The notes beneath the pieces were generated by a model, which searched no databases, was not told the origin of the DNA, and worked only from the letters and a program-made list of their open reading frames with translations. A program made the translations under genes and the position numbers. This document shows, piece by piece, positions 13,611-27,324 of a DNA stretch of 64,000 bases. The stretch comes from Octopus sinensis (taxonomy: Eukaryota), in NCBI RefSeq assembly GCF_006345805.1, contig NC_043011.1, positions 17,620,464 through 17,684,463 on the forward strand, given 5' to 3'. The stretch's first letter is position 1, and the number at the start of each line of letters is the position of its first letter.

Positions 13611-14864
13611 CAGGTGTAGGATAAAATAATGGAAACACCTAGCATCATAGACTCATACTTTTGAAATATCTATAAAACCGCCAAAAGCTTGTTTATTTTA
13701 ATGTTTTTTTGCATTTATTAATAGTGTTGCTTATTATGTTTTACTTAAAAATTGCTGTTTCTTTTCAGATATTATCAGAAAAAAATAATTGAAATTCATT
13801 AAAGTGACAGATCAATTGGACTTTCAAAGTCGTCAAATTGTTGGTGCTCGTTTGGCAGGCTCTAGCGTAACGAAAACAGCCGAAGTATTTGGTGTATCAA
13901 GAAGTACTATCTCGAAAGTAATGATAGTCTTTGAGAAAGGGGGATAAACTTCCTCGTCGAAATGAAACTCCAGAAGAAAGCCAAAACTTTCAGATAGGGA
14001 CCGTCGCACTCTTACGCGAATTGTTAGAAAGGATCACAAAAGTACAGCTCCCAAAATTACTGCAGAGCTTAATGACAACCTTGAGAACCCAATTTTCACA
14101 AAAACAGTTCCCCGAGAGCTGCACAAATCTGGATCTCACGGGAGGGCTGCTTTCAAAAACAATCGTTGCAAAGCGTTTAGAGCGGAGTAAAAACTTACAG
14201 AATTGGTCCCTAGAGCAGTGGAAGAATGTTATTTTCTCGGACGAATCATTCTTTACCTTATTTCCGACCACCAGCCTAGTATATGTGTGGAAACAGCCAA
14301 ACGAAGCATGTGACCCAGACTACCTTCTTCTTAAACATGAAGGAAGACATGTGATGATCGGGGCGGGGAGCTATATCTTGGAAATCCGCTGGCCCAATGG
14401 TTTCCCTTCATGGCAGAATTAATAGTTAATACTTTTTAAGCATTTTATCTCAGCAAATACATCCTACGATTAGGGAACTGTTTCCGGAAGGAGACGCAAT
14501 CTTTCAGAATTATAATGCACTAATTCACGCAGCTAATTTTGTCACCGAATGGCATGAAGAATATTCTAGTGAAGTTGAACATCTTATCTGGCCACCACAG
14601 TCCCAATATCTCAATAGTATTGAACATTTCTGGTGCATTTTAGAAAAACAAGTAGTCGATATCCTCCACCATCATCACTACAAGAACTGGAGACTGTTTC
14701 AGCTGGAGAATGGACAAAAATTCGTTTAGAATCAGTTCAATCTCTATACAAGTCCATAGCTCATAGAATTCAAGCTGTAATTATTGCCAAAGGCGGTCCT
14801 ACCCCATATTAAAATAAATTTGTTTGAAATTTTAAGGTATTTCCACCATTTTGTCGAACCCCTG
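13611..14864 (+). mobile_element. Full-length, inactivated Tc1-like DNA transposon
   Basis: Imperfect TIRs CAGGTGTAGGATAAAATAATGGAAACACCT / AGGTATTTCCACCATTTTGTCGAACCCCTG+TA. Transposase remnants from ~13804 to 14812: QIVGARLAGSSVTKTAEVFGVSRSTISK, WKNVIFSDES, WPPQSQYLNSIEHFW, GGPTPY*. Confidence 0.9.
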
Positions 14865-16899
14865 TATATAATACTATTATCATTCCAACAGCTCCAGTAT
14901 CATTCTTTGCCTCTTTAGCATAATGCTACGTGCAACTAATTTTTCAACTCTGGATATAACAGGAAACGGAAATCTTGAAATTTAAACGCAAAATTAACTC
15001 GTTCAGGAATTTGTGACTTCCTAATTTTTAAATTTAAATCAAAGAATACGCAGCAGTTAATACTGATGTATATTGTAAGACCTTAAAGACCGTTGGATAT
15101 AGAGGAAAGAAATCGGTTTTCGGGCCTTTTTTCTAATATGATGTGGCTTGTCCGCATTGGCTATACCTCTTTTTATGTATATAAAAACATCCCTATACAC
15201 ACCTATATCGACACATGTAAGGAAATTGACATGTCTAATTCCTTTAAGATTTAGATTACTAATTAACTTTTTAAAATTATTCATTATAATGTTAAAGTTG
15301 TTAAACCCTTTGAATGGAATACAAACCGAGGAAAACATTTGTTGGTACATATGCATATTCCAGTTATTAACAAAAGCATTTTCATCATGCTTATCCCAAC
15401 CACTTTCGTATATCAAGGCCTATAATTTCAGATGTATCTTTCCGCTGTTTAAGATAGCAGTTGTGGTTTTAGAGTAATTTAGGAGCTATTCTTATTGGAA
15501 TTGCGCGACCTAATGTAGGTTCCCAGATTAAAAGCCATTGAATATTTTGGTGGACTTCTGCTTTACACACGGCATATACCTTTTTTGTGATTTGAAATCT
15601 TCAGAAAATTTTCACGAATTTGTCTCCTACACACAGGAATTCATGCGATTAGGCAAAAACCAAAATCACAAAAACAGTTGTAGCGTGATATAATGGGTAA
15701 TTAGCTGTTTGTTTTTGTACATCTCATGACCACCACAGAGCCTCCTCACTTATTTGTCAGTCTTACGTGTTGGTGTCTTTCGATATCTTTCTCCCCATGA
15801 ACATATTTAATGGACTATTGCTGGTATTTTAGCCAAAACTTCGGACTGTCCCACGTAGATTAAACTGTGATTTAAAAAATTTCGCAAGCATAAAAGAAAA
15901 AAATGTTTTGTTAAAAGATTTCGAAAAATGAAATATTTTTTTAATTGTCTTGTGAATGCCCGTAGGTAGAATACAAATCTACAATTTTTTCTGAAAAATT
16001 CCAAAAATTAAGAAAAAATAATGAAGTGTTTATATGTCGTGCTTAAAACAGAATTCCGCTATGTGATGTCTCTAATTTGCCATGCGTGGGATACAATAGA
16101 AAGAACAATGTCATGTAAAACAAGTTACTTCTGAGAGTTATTCTATTACTATACGACAATGAAATGAATCCAACTGATTCCATTCCTTTTCTCGCCACGA
16201 TTATCTTGTATAAAAGACAAGTTGTTTGTATTTGTTCTCTGTTAAATTTACAAACGTGTTCTAAGTGAAATTCTATAGATATATTCTATTATACACAGTA
16301 GCATAAAACCGACATAAAATTATTTAAATGTGACATTTTACTACTACTCAGTCTCACAATAGTAATCTTTGAAAATAAATTGGCCCGAATTATTATAAAT
16401 CATGCCAACTTTTACAACAAACGTGTAATACAAATTACACCAATAAAATTTCTTCTGGAATGACGGAATTTATTTGCTCCTGTTTTCTAATCAGCTGTCA
16501 CATTACAACGACGAAATATTTCACAGATTTTACGCTGGAAGAAAACAGTTTAATGTTATGAAGGTATTTGAAATACTACTGTAGCGATACTGTTTTTCTT
16601 TTTTTCCCGTATCTCTCTTGACTTCTTTTTATCCCCCCCCCACTCTTATACCAGTACAATACCAAAAGGTTTTGATATAATTTTGATTGTATGTATACAT
16701 AGCATACATCTTGTTGGAAAGCGTACGTTTTTATATCAGGTGTAGACATAGCTGTACGATGGACAAGTTTTTTTTTTACAGCTATGCAATTCTAGGTTCG
16801 ATCGCATTTAGAAGCAAGTTGGAATAATTGTACTCCACCAAAGAGTTAAGCCCAAATCTAGCTATGTCAAATCTATCAGAAACAAAATTGTTGTAAGCC

Positions 16900-17420
16900 A
16901 AGACGATGCAGCGCTTCTGTTATCTTTTAGAGGAGGTTGGAGCAATCGTTGCCTGGCTGTGGAGGTTTAGTGTAGGTAACTCTTTTCCACGAAGTTGGTA
17001 CTCGGCACTAGACAGCGGAAAATTTCTGTCTTAATTCACTAAATTAAAAGCGCAGAAAAAGGAACATGATCCATGCAGTCTCTCCTCTAGTTTAGCAATA
17101 GATCAAATCAACCGAGGAGCAAAGCATTCCACTTGACACGGATCTAAACGGTTTTCCTTTATCTTTGCAAACATGAATTATCTTTGCAAACATGATTTTT
17201 CAGGGCATCATCGATGATGCTTTGAACCCGTTAGTTAAATTGCGGTGTCCTTATAGAGTCGGAAATTTTAGAACGCTTTATTCCCTTTGTTTCTGTTGAA
17301 ACATTCCCGGCAGAGGCTTCCAGTTCCATTAGAGCTTTGTCTACAGACGTTCTTGCAGTATTTCGGAATCTGCAAATTTTTAAACCATTGTGTTCTGCAT
17401 ATATGGCGTGTTTTTCTTGA
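16900..17420 (-). mobile_element. Possible highly decayed Tc1/mariner transposase fragment
   Basis: Minus strand gives SKISDSIRTPQF..RVQSIIDD, resembling the linker/second HTH of mariner-group transposases. There are many stops. Confidence 0.35.
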
Positions 17421-17944
17421 TTTCTTTTACTAGCAACTTTTCAGCCCCGAAAGATGTGCAAGAAATAAACATAAACTTTTTAATTAGTTTGAAAAGAGGT
17501 ATACACACAAGGATAAAAATCCCCAAATAACATTCGTACCATGTGTGTGTGTGTGAGATGTGTGTTGGGGGTGCGCGCACTCGTGCATGTGTATATACAT
17601 TCGAGTAATGTTCCATTGAACGTAATATCATTTATTTATAGCTGCGTACGTTAGTTCTGGTGATTGAAAACATATGCATGAGTGAATTTCACGCAGGTGC
17701 GTTTGATTTCAGATATGGTAGGTATGAGGTAATTTTCAACAGTAAACTAGCTCTCAAAACTCTCGCTAGTGCGAATTTTCAAATTGTCTAAAGATTTTCA
17801 AAGTAAAAATTGATATAATAGTTTCGAATGGAACGTGTAACAGCTAAATATGCATTAACTAGATAAATTAGCGCATACATACCATTTACACATGAAATTA
17901 AGCGAATATGAATTATTTTTTTCATATTTCTTTCTATTATAGTT

Positions 17945-18095
17945 GCAAGGTCTGAAATTTGGGGGAAGGGGGTTAGGCGATTACATTAATCTCAGTGCTT
18001 TACTGACATATATTTCATCGTCTCGAAAGACCTTGGCTGAATTTTAACACAGGACGTAAACCCGGAAGAAATGTAGGAAAGCATTTAATCCAGCA
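17945..18095 (-). mobile_element. Degenerate SINE fragment (second family)
   Basis: Similar to the 9158-9296 and 20585-20835 copies. Confidence 0.4.
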
Positions 18096-18319
18096 TATAG
18101 TAGTGGGTGAGGAAAAGGGCTTGGCTACGGGTAAAACGAAATACAGGAAGACCAGTTGATTATAATTTTATTCGACATATTTCTCATCTCAGATTCGCAC
18201 ATTTATTGCAGTGGTGCTTCAGTTTTCTAAGCACTGTAAAAGAACTCGGAAGGTGGGGGCCTCCATCCACACCTTTCACGATACCCTTAAAGCAAATAAC
18301 ATTTCAGCACCCCCTCGTA
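18096..18319. mobile_element. ~220-bp mariner-derived MITE
   Basis: Ends in TTTCAGCACCCCCTCGTA. Its body is homologous to 29420-29600 and 45687-45905. Confidence 0.65.
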
Positions 18320-18339
18320 CACACACACAAACACATATA

Positions 18340-18520
18340 CATAGGGGGAGAATTCACAAAAAAGAAAAATGAAGACAGGTGGTGTAGACAACAAAATGTT
18401 GTATTAGTATAACGCTCGGTAAGTGAAAAAGTCTTTAACGTTTCGAGCCTATGCTCTTCCAGGGAAAGGAACACAGAAAGAAACAAGGAGAGAAAATAAA
18501 GAATGTGTAGCGGCTAGCTA
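18340..18520 (-). mobile_element. Short Penelope-like pLTR fragment with degenerate hammerhead-like motif
   Basis: Minus strand reads CTTTCCCTGGAA-GAGC-ATAG-GCTC-GAAACGTTAAAG (18432-18468). The core is non-canonical. Confidence 0.4.
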
Positions 18521-18527
18521 TATATAT

Positions 18528-18593
<66 letters not shown>

Positions 18594-19831
18594 GTGTTCA
18601 GATACTGTATTAAAATATATTTCGAAATATATGTGTTTATTTGTATTTGCAGATACGTGCGTTTTTGTTGATCTCTAACTTCAAATGCTCTGTGTCCTGA
18701 AGTTCAAAAATCTTGATAGTGTTAAATATGAAAATTAAGCAACAGCCTGGTTGCAGTTATAGATGGAAGAATTGAATTACAATCAAGCTTCCTGAAAATT
18801 TTATACACCGGGAATTATTCCCTGGAGAGTACTTCATCGGAAAAAATTCCATCACCCACGGCACAAGCTATCGGCCAAACTTTTATGGAGCCAACAAGTG
18901 TGCGAAAACATGATTGATTGTGATAATAGATATTGAATATACATTCGGACATCAATTATATATTGGTATGCATACATACATACATACATACATACATGTA
19001 TGCATACATATACACTGGTGTGCAAACAGTCGCACACTCAAATACGTATGTAGAAAGATAGGTTGAATGTGTTTACATATGCATACACATACGTGAGTAA
19101 ATAGAGCGAACTGAATTTTGATTCACTTTGAGTGAACAGAATAAAACTTTAAACTGTTTATTGGATATTGCGTAAAATTATGCCTAGGAAAACATTGGTG
19201 CTGTACATTGTAAACTGATGCTGATAGCTACGAACAAAGATCAGGATATTTTTTTTAACTGAAAATTTTACACCGTAGTAACGTAGTCAAATGTCGAAGA
19301 TCTGAAGTAAAATGGAAAAAATCAGACAATTTTTATAACTTGTGATCTTATCAAGGCAAGTACATAATATGCTAGATGAAATTTCCCCACTGTGCGCTGT
19401 TTTTCACCAATTCGGACACTTAGTAAATATTCGACATTTTACTATCGCCTGTATATACACAAGCTTGCACACACACAAATACACACACTCGGACGGACGC
19501 ACACACACACATGAATTATCGTTCATTTATTTATTTCCCGGATTTTATGTAATTCAGTTTATCTACGTGTTATAAAACCGTAAACGTTAGTATATTCAGA
19601 TCTGTCGTATTGTATTTCATGATATATATTCTAAGCGATTGTTTTATGTGCGTATGTATGTATGTATATATATCTATATATCTGTGTGTATATACATATA
19701 TATACGTATACATACAAATACTTATACATATACATACATAAACATATATATATACATATACATAAACATATATATATACATATACATAACATATATATAT
19801 ACATATACATAAACATATATATACATATATA

Positions 19832-19879
<48 letters not shown>

Positions 19880-20584
19880 TTTAAGTCTTGAGTGTCAGTC
19901 ACTGATATATGGAAAATATAGACGTTGCGGTAATAATAAATTATATTTAATGTCTTAACAGAATGCCTAAATTTAATATTTTACTATATAAAAAATATAT
20001 TTAAATAAGTTGAATGTTGTTTTCTTGCAGCTAAACTATATCTTCTGAACAACATCTAAAATTGATCTTTCTCTTTCAAGTGTGTTTTTCTTTTTTATTT
20101 GGATATTTTCAATATTTTTTTTTATGAGAATTATCTGTTTAATGTTTGTGTTGTCAACACTGGCATTATATTGGATACTGAATATTTAAAAGCTAAAACA
20201 CAATAAAAACAAAGAACATGAACAAGGAATACGTATATTGTTTTCTTACAAAGCCGAATTTTTCTTGATGTGCTTGTAGCTGTTATTAATGTTGTTGTTG
20301 AGTAGTACCAGTTATTTGCTTCACTTGACCTTCGGCACAGAAAGATCATTTGTAAGACAAGAGTTAAGACTTTAAAGGAGCCATTCTAATAACATCCTAC
20401 CTGTTAGAAATAAAATATATTTTCGTTCAAATAACATTCTTGTAGCCTTTAAAACAACAAAAGTTGTGTTGTTAACATTGGTTTATATAGTCCTACCTTC
20501 ATTGTTATATAATAAAATATGAAATGTTCAGATTTGATGCATCTTATATGATATGTCTGCTTGACCTGCTTTGACCTGGGCACA

Positions 20585-20835
20585 ATAACTTTCAAATTTC
20601 GGCACAAAGCCAGCAAGTTCAGGGAGAGAGGAAGTGGATTATATCGATCCCAGTGCTCAACTGGTATTATTTTGTCGACCCCGAAGTGCGAACGGCAAAA
20701 TCGACACAGGCGGCATTTAAAGGTAAAGGCGGACGAACTGCTAGTAAACAAAGGCGATCCAGGAGACATTTGGAGGTAAAAACAGACGAAATACCGCTAA
20801 GCATTTACCCGACGTGTTAACAAATTTTCTGTCCC
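20585..20835 (-). mobile_element. Degenerate SINE (second family)
   Basis: GGCACAAAGCCAGCAA...CCCAGTGCTCAACTGGTATTATTTTGTCGACCCCGAA...GACGAAATACCGCTAAGCATTT. Confidence 0.6.
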
Positions 20836-21136
20836 TTCGTCTCACGAGATCAGGTTCTTCTCTACACGAGTGTTACTCCAGTGCAACTGCTAAGAACAAT
20901 GCGTCAAAGATATCTGTTATAACAATTGTGACAGAACAAATATTTATTCATCTTTCTATTGCGTTAAACAATATATGCATGTTCACTTGCCTGTTATTAG
21001 AGAAGTACACACGATATGGTCCCGCCGCAAAGGATGTTATGGTATTTTATTGACTGTTGAATGTATTTTGATGTTTCCTGCATATTACTTATTTTAATGT
21101 TTATACATACACATACACACATACACACACACATAG

Positions 21137-21174
<38 letters not shown>

Positions 21175-21224
21175 GTATATATGTATATATATATTCATCA
21201 CAAAAGTCAGAAAAGGTGACTTCT

Positions 21225-21660
21225 ATTAATTTTACCTATTCTATTAATAGTGTTCGTAATACTTTATCTCGTTCAGCTTAATAGCCCTGCTTTTCTTGTT
21301 ATTCTCCTTGTCCTGTCTTTTACTGTTTATATTTTGTACTGTCGTTACTGTCCTGTTTTGTTACCATTTTTACCCCTCCGCAAAAATATCTCAAATTTTA
21401 TTTAATTTGCTTTTCGCGGGAAGGAAAGTTTCAAACTAAGATGCGTATCGCCTTCACCTTCGAAACGCAGAGTAGATGAAACCATGGCGACTGAAGAAGG
21501 GGAATATTCCTTGTGTTATTTGTCCTGTACTATATTTTTTCGTTGTTTAAGAAAAATGTCCAGTTCGTTGGTTTTGTGTTTATGTTTTCTTTTCTCATTG
21601 TGTTCTACGTTTTTTTGGTGTCCTGTACCCATATATGCATGTATATATACATTGAGAGTG
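21225..21660 (+). mobile_element. Diverged solo copy of the 865-bp repeat family
   Basis: Shares GTACTGTCGTTAC, TTTGCTTTTCGCGGGAAGGAA, CCTTCGAAACG, GCGACTGAAGAAGGGGA and TTTTTGGTGTCCTGTAC with the reverse complement of 551-2640. Confidence 0.8.
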
Positions 21661-22393
21661 GATGCTTCATATATAGATAGATTGATAACGCATAAAGCAG
21701 AAATAATAATGTTTAAAGTTTTCGCAGAGAATCTTGATTTACTATTATAATGTATTGAAAATTTATGCAACTATGTTTAGAGTTGTTTTCTTTCGGCTCA
21801 ACAATATTTTAGTTGATAATTTTACTATATAAAACAGCATTTATTTTAAGCCTTTTGTGATTGTCCCAACCTATAAAGGGTATCGAAGACTTAATTAACC
21901 ACGATAGTCTTTGGTACTGTCTTTCTTTAATATGGTGGGTGTTATTTGAGAAGAATTTAACTACTTCTTGCAAATCAACTTGTCAGGCAAAATGTTTGAA
22001 TCTTTATCAAAATACAAAAGGATTTCAAAGCGGTAGGAATGAGATCAATGTAGATAAAAAAAATGCTTTCGAACAAAATTCATAATGACATAAGCAGAGC
22101 CAATCTTGAAAGAAATTATGACAGCAACGGTATGTTCATTTCTATTGGAAAAGCAACAGATGTTTTCCGTAATGAAGAAGATTCATAAGATTACGCTATG
22201 TCTGAAAATGAAACCAAAAATGGGATCACTGAAGTGTGTAATTTATATACGACAACTACTTACTTATGAGATGGATAGAATTACACTTTGGAAGAAGTGG
22301 CAGAGATAAAACAACACAAATAAAAACACGTACACATACACACAGACGTGTGATTTTTTTTCTTATATACATTATATGTGTGTGCGTGTATAC

Positions 22394-22839
22394 TTACTCT
22401 TTTACTCTTTTACTTGTTTCAGTCACTTTGACTGTGGCCATGCTCAGCAAATCGACCTCAGGACTTACTCTTTGTAAACCTAGTACTTATTCTATCGGTC
22501 TCTTTTGCCGAACCGCTAAGTTACGGGGACGTAAACACATCAGTACGGGTTGTCAAGTGATGTTGGGGGGGGACAAAAACAGAAACACAAACATATACAC
22601 ACATACACACACACACACACAAATACATATATATATATATGTATATATATATACATATATATATATACACATACATATATACGACGGGCTTCTTTCAATT
22701 TCCGTCTATCAAATCCACTGACAAGGCTTTGGTCGGCCCGAAGCTATAGTAGAAGACACTTGCCTATGGTGCCACGTAGTGGGAATGAACCCGGAACCAT
22801 GTGGTTAGTAAGCAAGCTACTTACCACACAGCCACTCCT
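22394..22839 (-). mobile_element. Octopus-type tRNA-derived SINE (family 1), uninterrupted
   Basis: Head GGAGTGGCTGTGTGGTAAGTAGCTTGCTTAC...GGTTCATTCCC (A/B boxes), internal (TA/TG)n, and (AAAAGAGT)n tail. Confidence 0.85.
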
Positions 22840-23744
22840 AATTATATACATATTAAAAGTATGTCATAAAACTTATGAAATGTGTAGCTTAGGACGAAGT
22901 AATATTAAGCTGCGTACTTTGATGTGAAGCTACCCATAATATAGTTCTTAGCACCAACTTCTAAAGGCTGCGTAGCTATAAATGTAAGTTTTCATTACTT
23001 CCACAGTGGCTGGGGGTGGGAATGATCAACAAAACAAGTACATTCTCCTGAAAGTAATATATAAATATTCCATATTTTTGTTGTGCTGTATTTGTGTGCC
23101 TAACGTTCTATATTTGAGATCGGTAAGCCACAAAGATGTAACACTTAGAAACATGAAATTATAGAAGGTGATGCTAGTTTAATCTTTGTGCCCTCATTGA
23201 TTAAGTTTCTGGTTTATGTGAACTAAAATTCTACAGGATATTTCCCATGTTTTCTCTATATATTGTGTACTATATTATAAATATTTGCATCTGCATATCT
23301 GTTTCTCTGTCTGTCTCTTTCCACACACAAACATATGTATATGTAACAATATATTCTCTCTTTTACTCTCTTTTACTTGTTTCAGTCATTTGACTGCGGC
23401 CATGCTGGAGCACCGCCTTTAGTCGAGCAAATCGACCCCAGGACTTATTCTTTGTAAGCGCAGTACTTATTCTATCGGTCTCTTTTGCCGAACCGCTAAG
23501 TGACGGGAACGTAAACACATCAGCATTGGTTGTCAAGCAATGCTAGGGGGACAAACACAGACACACAAACACACACATACATATATATATATACACATAT
23601 ATACGACAGGCTTCTTTCAGTTTCCGTCTACCAAATCCACTCACAAGGCATTGGTCGGCCCGGGGCTATAGCAGAAGACACCTGCCCAAGATACCACGCA
23701 GTGGGACTGAACCCGGAACCATGTGGTTGGTTAGCAAGCTACTT

Positions 23745-25882
23745 TATTTCAAAACATTTGCCATAAAGGCAGTACACAGATTAAGTTAGCTTTGCGGGCT
23801 GGACGAGGACATTAATGAGGTGAATGATAATGAAAGAAAGATGATAAGGATGGGAGAAGACAGAAAGCGCCCGCCGACTTTTGCTTCTCTAAAACATTGT
23901 TCTTTTTAAAAAAGATAAACACAAAACGAGGTATTAAGCCTCTTACAATTTTTCCAATTTTTGGACTTAGTAGTCCATTATTAATACAAAACGAGGAATT
24001 AATCCTCTTACAATTTTTCAATTTTTGGACTTAAGTCCATTACTAATAATACATATCGTCCTCGAAATAGCTTGTGCCCGCGCCCTCCACCATCAACCAC
24101 GCCTCCCTCAGAACGTAGTCAAATTCCGAGTTCGCGTCGCCCGGGACCAAGTTATAATCTTCATTGAGCTCCTTTAGCCCTAGCGTCACGTCGAACTCCA
24201 CGGCCTCCATAGCTACCTGCGGAGGCCATTCGGGGTCCTGTGTGAAGGCTAAAGGTGCTCCCTTGTAGTGCTCTTCCATCACTTTTTCAATTTCTCCTCC
24301 TCTATAGAAGAGGACCAATACATTCAGTTCTTTCGTTGGCGGCACAGTTTCCGCCAACGGTATTCCTTCTCTTGTCGGTGGCACAACCCCAACCGACGTA
24401 GTTCCGCGACATTCCGGTGCTACACTGACAGCCGGTAATGTCCCGTTTTTCTTCCTCTTTTTCTTTTTTTTCCCTTTTCAACTGAGTGAGGTTGCGTCTC
24501 TTCCGTGGCTGGAAGATTCGCCTTCCTCTCCTCATCCCTATTATCCTTTGGTGAGCACCCATTGTTGCTCACCTTCCTCTTTCGGCCTCTGTTTGAGGAG
24601 TCCTCTGCTTTCTCGGCCGTTATCGTTCTCTCTTCTAGAGGGGTTTTACTTAACTGTTCCGGGATCCTATTTTGTTCCCGAGGACCGTTCTTCTTTATGT
24701 GGCCGGACTCCAAGCACCGATGACACTTAGGGGGGCGACGCTCAAGCATCACCGGGTACCTGCACCCGGCCATTTTCAAAAAATCTGGAAGAACCAGATT
24801 GGCTGATTGAGTCCACAGGGTCAAAATTGCTTTTGACCCAACCCAAGCAGCCGCAGGAAGAACTTTTACATTGAGGAGCCTAGTTTCGCTGTCACACAGA
24901 CCCCGGCGGATAGTCTCCTCTATCCACTCGGGTTCTATGTCGGGTGGCAGTCCGCAGATCCAAGCTTTCATCAATTTCTTTTTTTTGTACGTGGGCAGGA
25001 ATAAGATTTCCTTACCCTCCAAGGGTTTGCTAGCAAATTTGCAAGCCTCTTCAGGGTGTCAAATAGCAACCACACCTTTGCATATTTGACACCCCTGGAA
25101 ATGAAGTTAATTGTTGGCAAATACTCTTCCAACTCCTTTTCAATTGCCGTCTTTTCGAATAAGGCGATGGTGTCGAGTGCCTTGGAGTAGGTTCTCAACA
25201 CCACCGTCCTATCTTCACGGTCTTTTAACCACTGTTTAGGTGGTATGATTTCCCACTCCAAAAGTTTGTTATTTTTCATTGCCATGTTTTTTTAAAAATA
25301 TATTCAAATTAAACTCAAAAGCAGGAAGAAAAAGTTCAAAAGTCCAAATAAAATTTGATAGATTTTTGAAAAAACAAAAAGGAGAAAGCACAACAGAAGG
25401 GAAGAAATTAACGGAAAGTCGCAATAAAGAAAAAAAAACTTAAATGAAGTTCAAAAGAAAGTTAATAAACAGAAAAAACACAGCAAAAATATTCTGGCCT
25501 TGCGGTACTCCCGGCCTGGGTTGAACCTGGAACGCCGCAACTGCAACACAACCTCCACAAAAATGGGTCCGAAAGGTAATCCAATAGTGGCTTATTTTTA
25601 TAATTTTCTTGCGAAGTAGTAAAACACAAGCAAACAAATTAATTTTTGCGGAGGGGCTACGCCTCCTCAAAAAGCACAATTCTCACTAAAGAGTGAGACC
25701 TTAGACACGACAACAGGCAGAGAAATATATCTGAAGTAAAGTGAAGTTTATTACCCGCAAAAAAATATTAATGCTAGATAACGTTAACTGCTAAATAACA
25801 TTAAGCAAGCAATAAACTTCACTATGCTTCCAAAAATACAGAACGTCTTACCTGTCGCCGAGTCAAAAGTTCAACATTTCAC
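23745..25882 (-). mobile_element. Element A: ORF1-only non-LTR-type retroelement, 5'-truncated, inserted in SINE head
   Basis: Flanked by a GCTACTT duplication (23738-23744 / 25883-25889). It has a single gag-like ORF, no RT, and a 3' end GGCAAATGTTTTGAAATA. Confidence 0.9.
24043..25285 (-). pseudogene. Tx1/L1-type ORF1 protein (~414 aa; RRM-like + zinc knuckle), frameshifted in this assembly
   Basis: ORF pieces 24971-25285, 24420-25022 and 24043-24384. PDFLKMAGCRYPVMLERRPPKCHRCLESGHIKKNG (last Cys replaced by Gly). Both frameshifts lie in homopolymer runs. Confidence 0.85.
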
Positions 25883-26136
25883 GCTACTTACCACACAGCC
25901 ACTCCTGCGCCTATATGTATTTATAAAATATATATAAAATTATATATATAATATATATGAAATTGCATCTTTCACTCGGATTGAGGATGACATACAAGAG
26001 CGTGTCTGAGTGTATTCACAAATTGTTTGAAGCGTCACCTTACTCAACGCTAAAACAAATTGGTAATCGTTGAAAGGAAAGTGTGCTGCTCTCTACCACA
26101 GTCCGTTCCAAGAATCCAACCCCAAATATTTTGTTC

Positions 26137-26167
<31 letters not shown>

Positions 26168-26299
26168 CAAGACGCACCTGAATATACACACGTGATAACA
26201 AAGTTCTAATGCGTAGATAGATTCTACTCAATTGTACTTCTCCCAATTTTATCAGTAAAATCTCTGTAACGCCTGACATCAGAACTTGTCAAACAACAT

Positions 26300-27158
26300 A
26301 TGAACTTCCCGGACTAGTTAATAAAATAATAATAAAAGAAATTAATTATTAACCTAAGTTTTAACATAATTTCCTTCGAAATAGTCACCGATCGTTTCTG
26401 CCACTTTTGGAATTCGGGCTCGGAGTTGTTTTCCGTAAGCAGGTCGAGGACTTCCTGAGGTTCGCTCTGTATCTCGACAACTGTGTTAAAACAGCGACCT
26501 TTGAGCAGCATTCTTTATCTTGGGGGACAGATGGAAGTTTGCAAGTGGGAAATCTGGCGGATAGGGTGGATGCGGAAGCTATAACATGTTTTTGGCGAGA
26601 AACACAGGAGGGAGGAGAGCTCGGTGACAGGGTGCATTGTCGTCGTAAAGAATTCAATTTCTCGCGCTCCACAAATTCAGTCGCTTTCGCCAAATATCCT
26701 CCCTCAACGTTTCAAAACATCTCAGTGGAACTCGATTGACGGTCTTGCCCAGGGGGACGAATTTTCAATGCAAATGCGGACGTCGGAAAAAACGATGAGC
26801 ATGCCCTTGATTGGGCTGCGGCTCTGTCGTGCTTTCTCCGGCCGTGGAGATGAATGCCTCTTCTATTGTGACGACTGCTGCTTCGTCGCTATGGACTTGC
26901 CGAAGCATGCTCAATGCCGAAGCATGCACAATTTCACGATGGCTCTTTGTTTCTGTTCGTGACAGAACGGCAGACTACAGCATACACATGATCACAAAAA
27001 CACAAATTTTACAACTTGCGATGTAAACAGAACGCTGTTACTCCACACATTGCCTCATTAGAATCACTGCTAGCTCTCACTGCGCATGAAACCGTGTGCT
27101 GCCAGCTGTTGGCGAGCTACAAAACTAGTACTGGAACATTCTTGATGCAGCGTCGTAA
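26300..27158 (-). mobile_element. Internally deleted mariner transposon
   Basis: C-terminal LKGRCFNTVVEIQ...FQKWQKR, plus a region corresponding to HPPYSPDLAP-DF-LFP at ~26520-26580. Confidence 0.75.
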
Positions 27159-27293
27159 TTATCACTCATCAGAACTCAGTTCACTGCAGAAACTTATACC
27201 TAAGCTAAGTTGAATCCAAATTCATTACAGTCCTCTGTGTGTGTATGTGTGTATGTGTGTGTGTGCGTGTGACACTGTGTGTATGCGAGAGAG

Positions 27294-27324
<31 letters not shown>

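Larger units (their letters stand above)
23355..25913 (-). mobile_element. Family-1 SINE split by element A
   Basis: The SINE body runs 23355-23744, and the head resumes at 25883 (GCTACTTACCACACAGCCACTCCTGCGCC). Confidence 0.9.

Noticed and set aside
20245-20400. Possible minus-strand exon ending in GTAAG
   Set aside because: No consistent acceptor or frame, and no partner exons.
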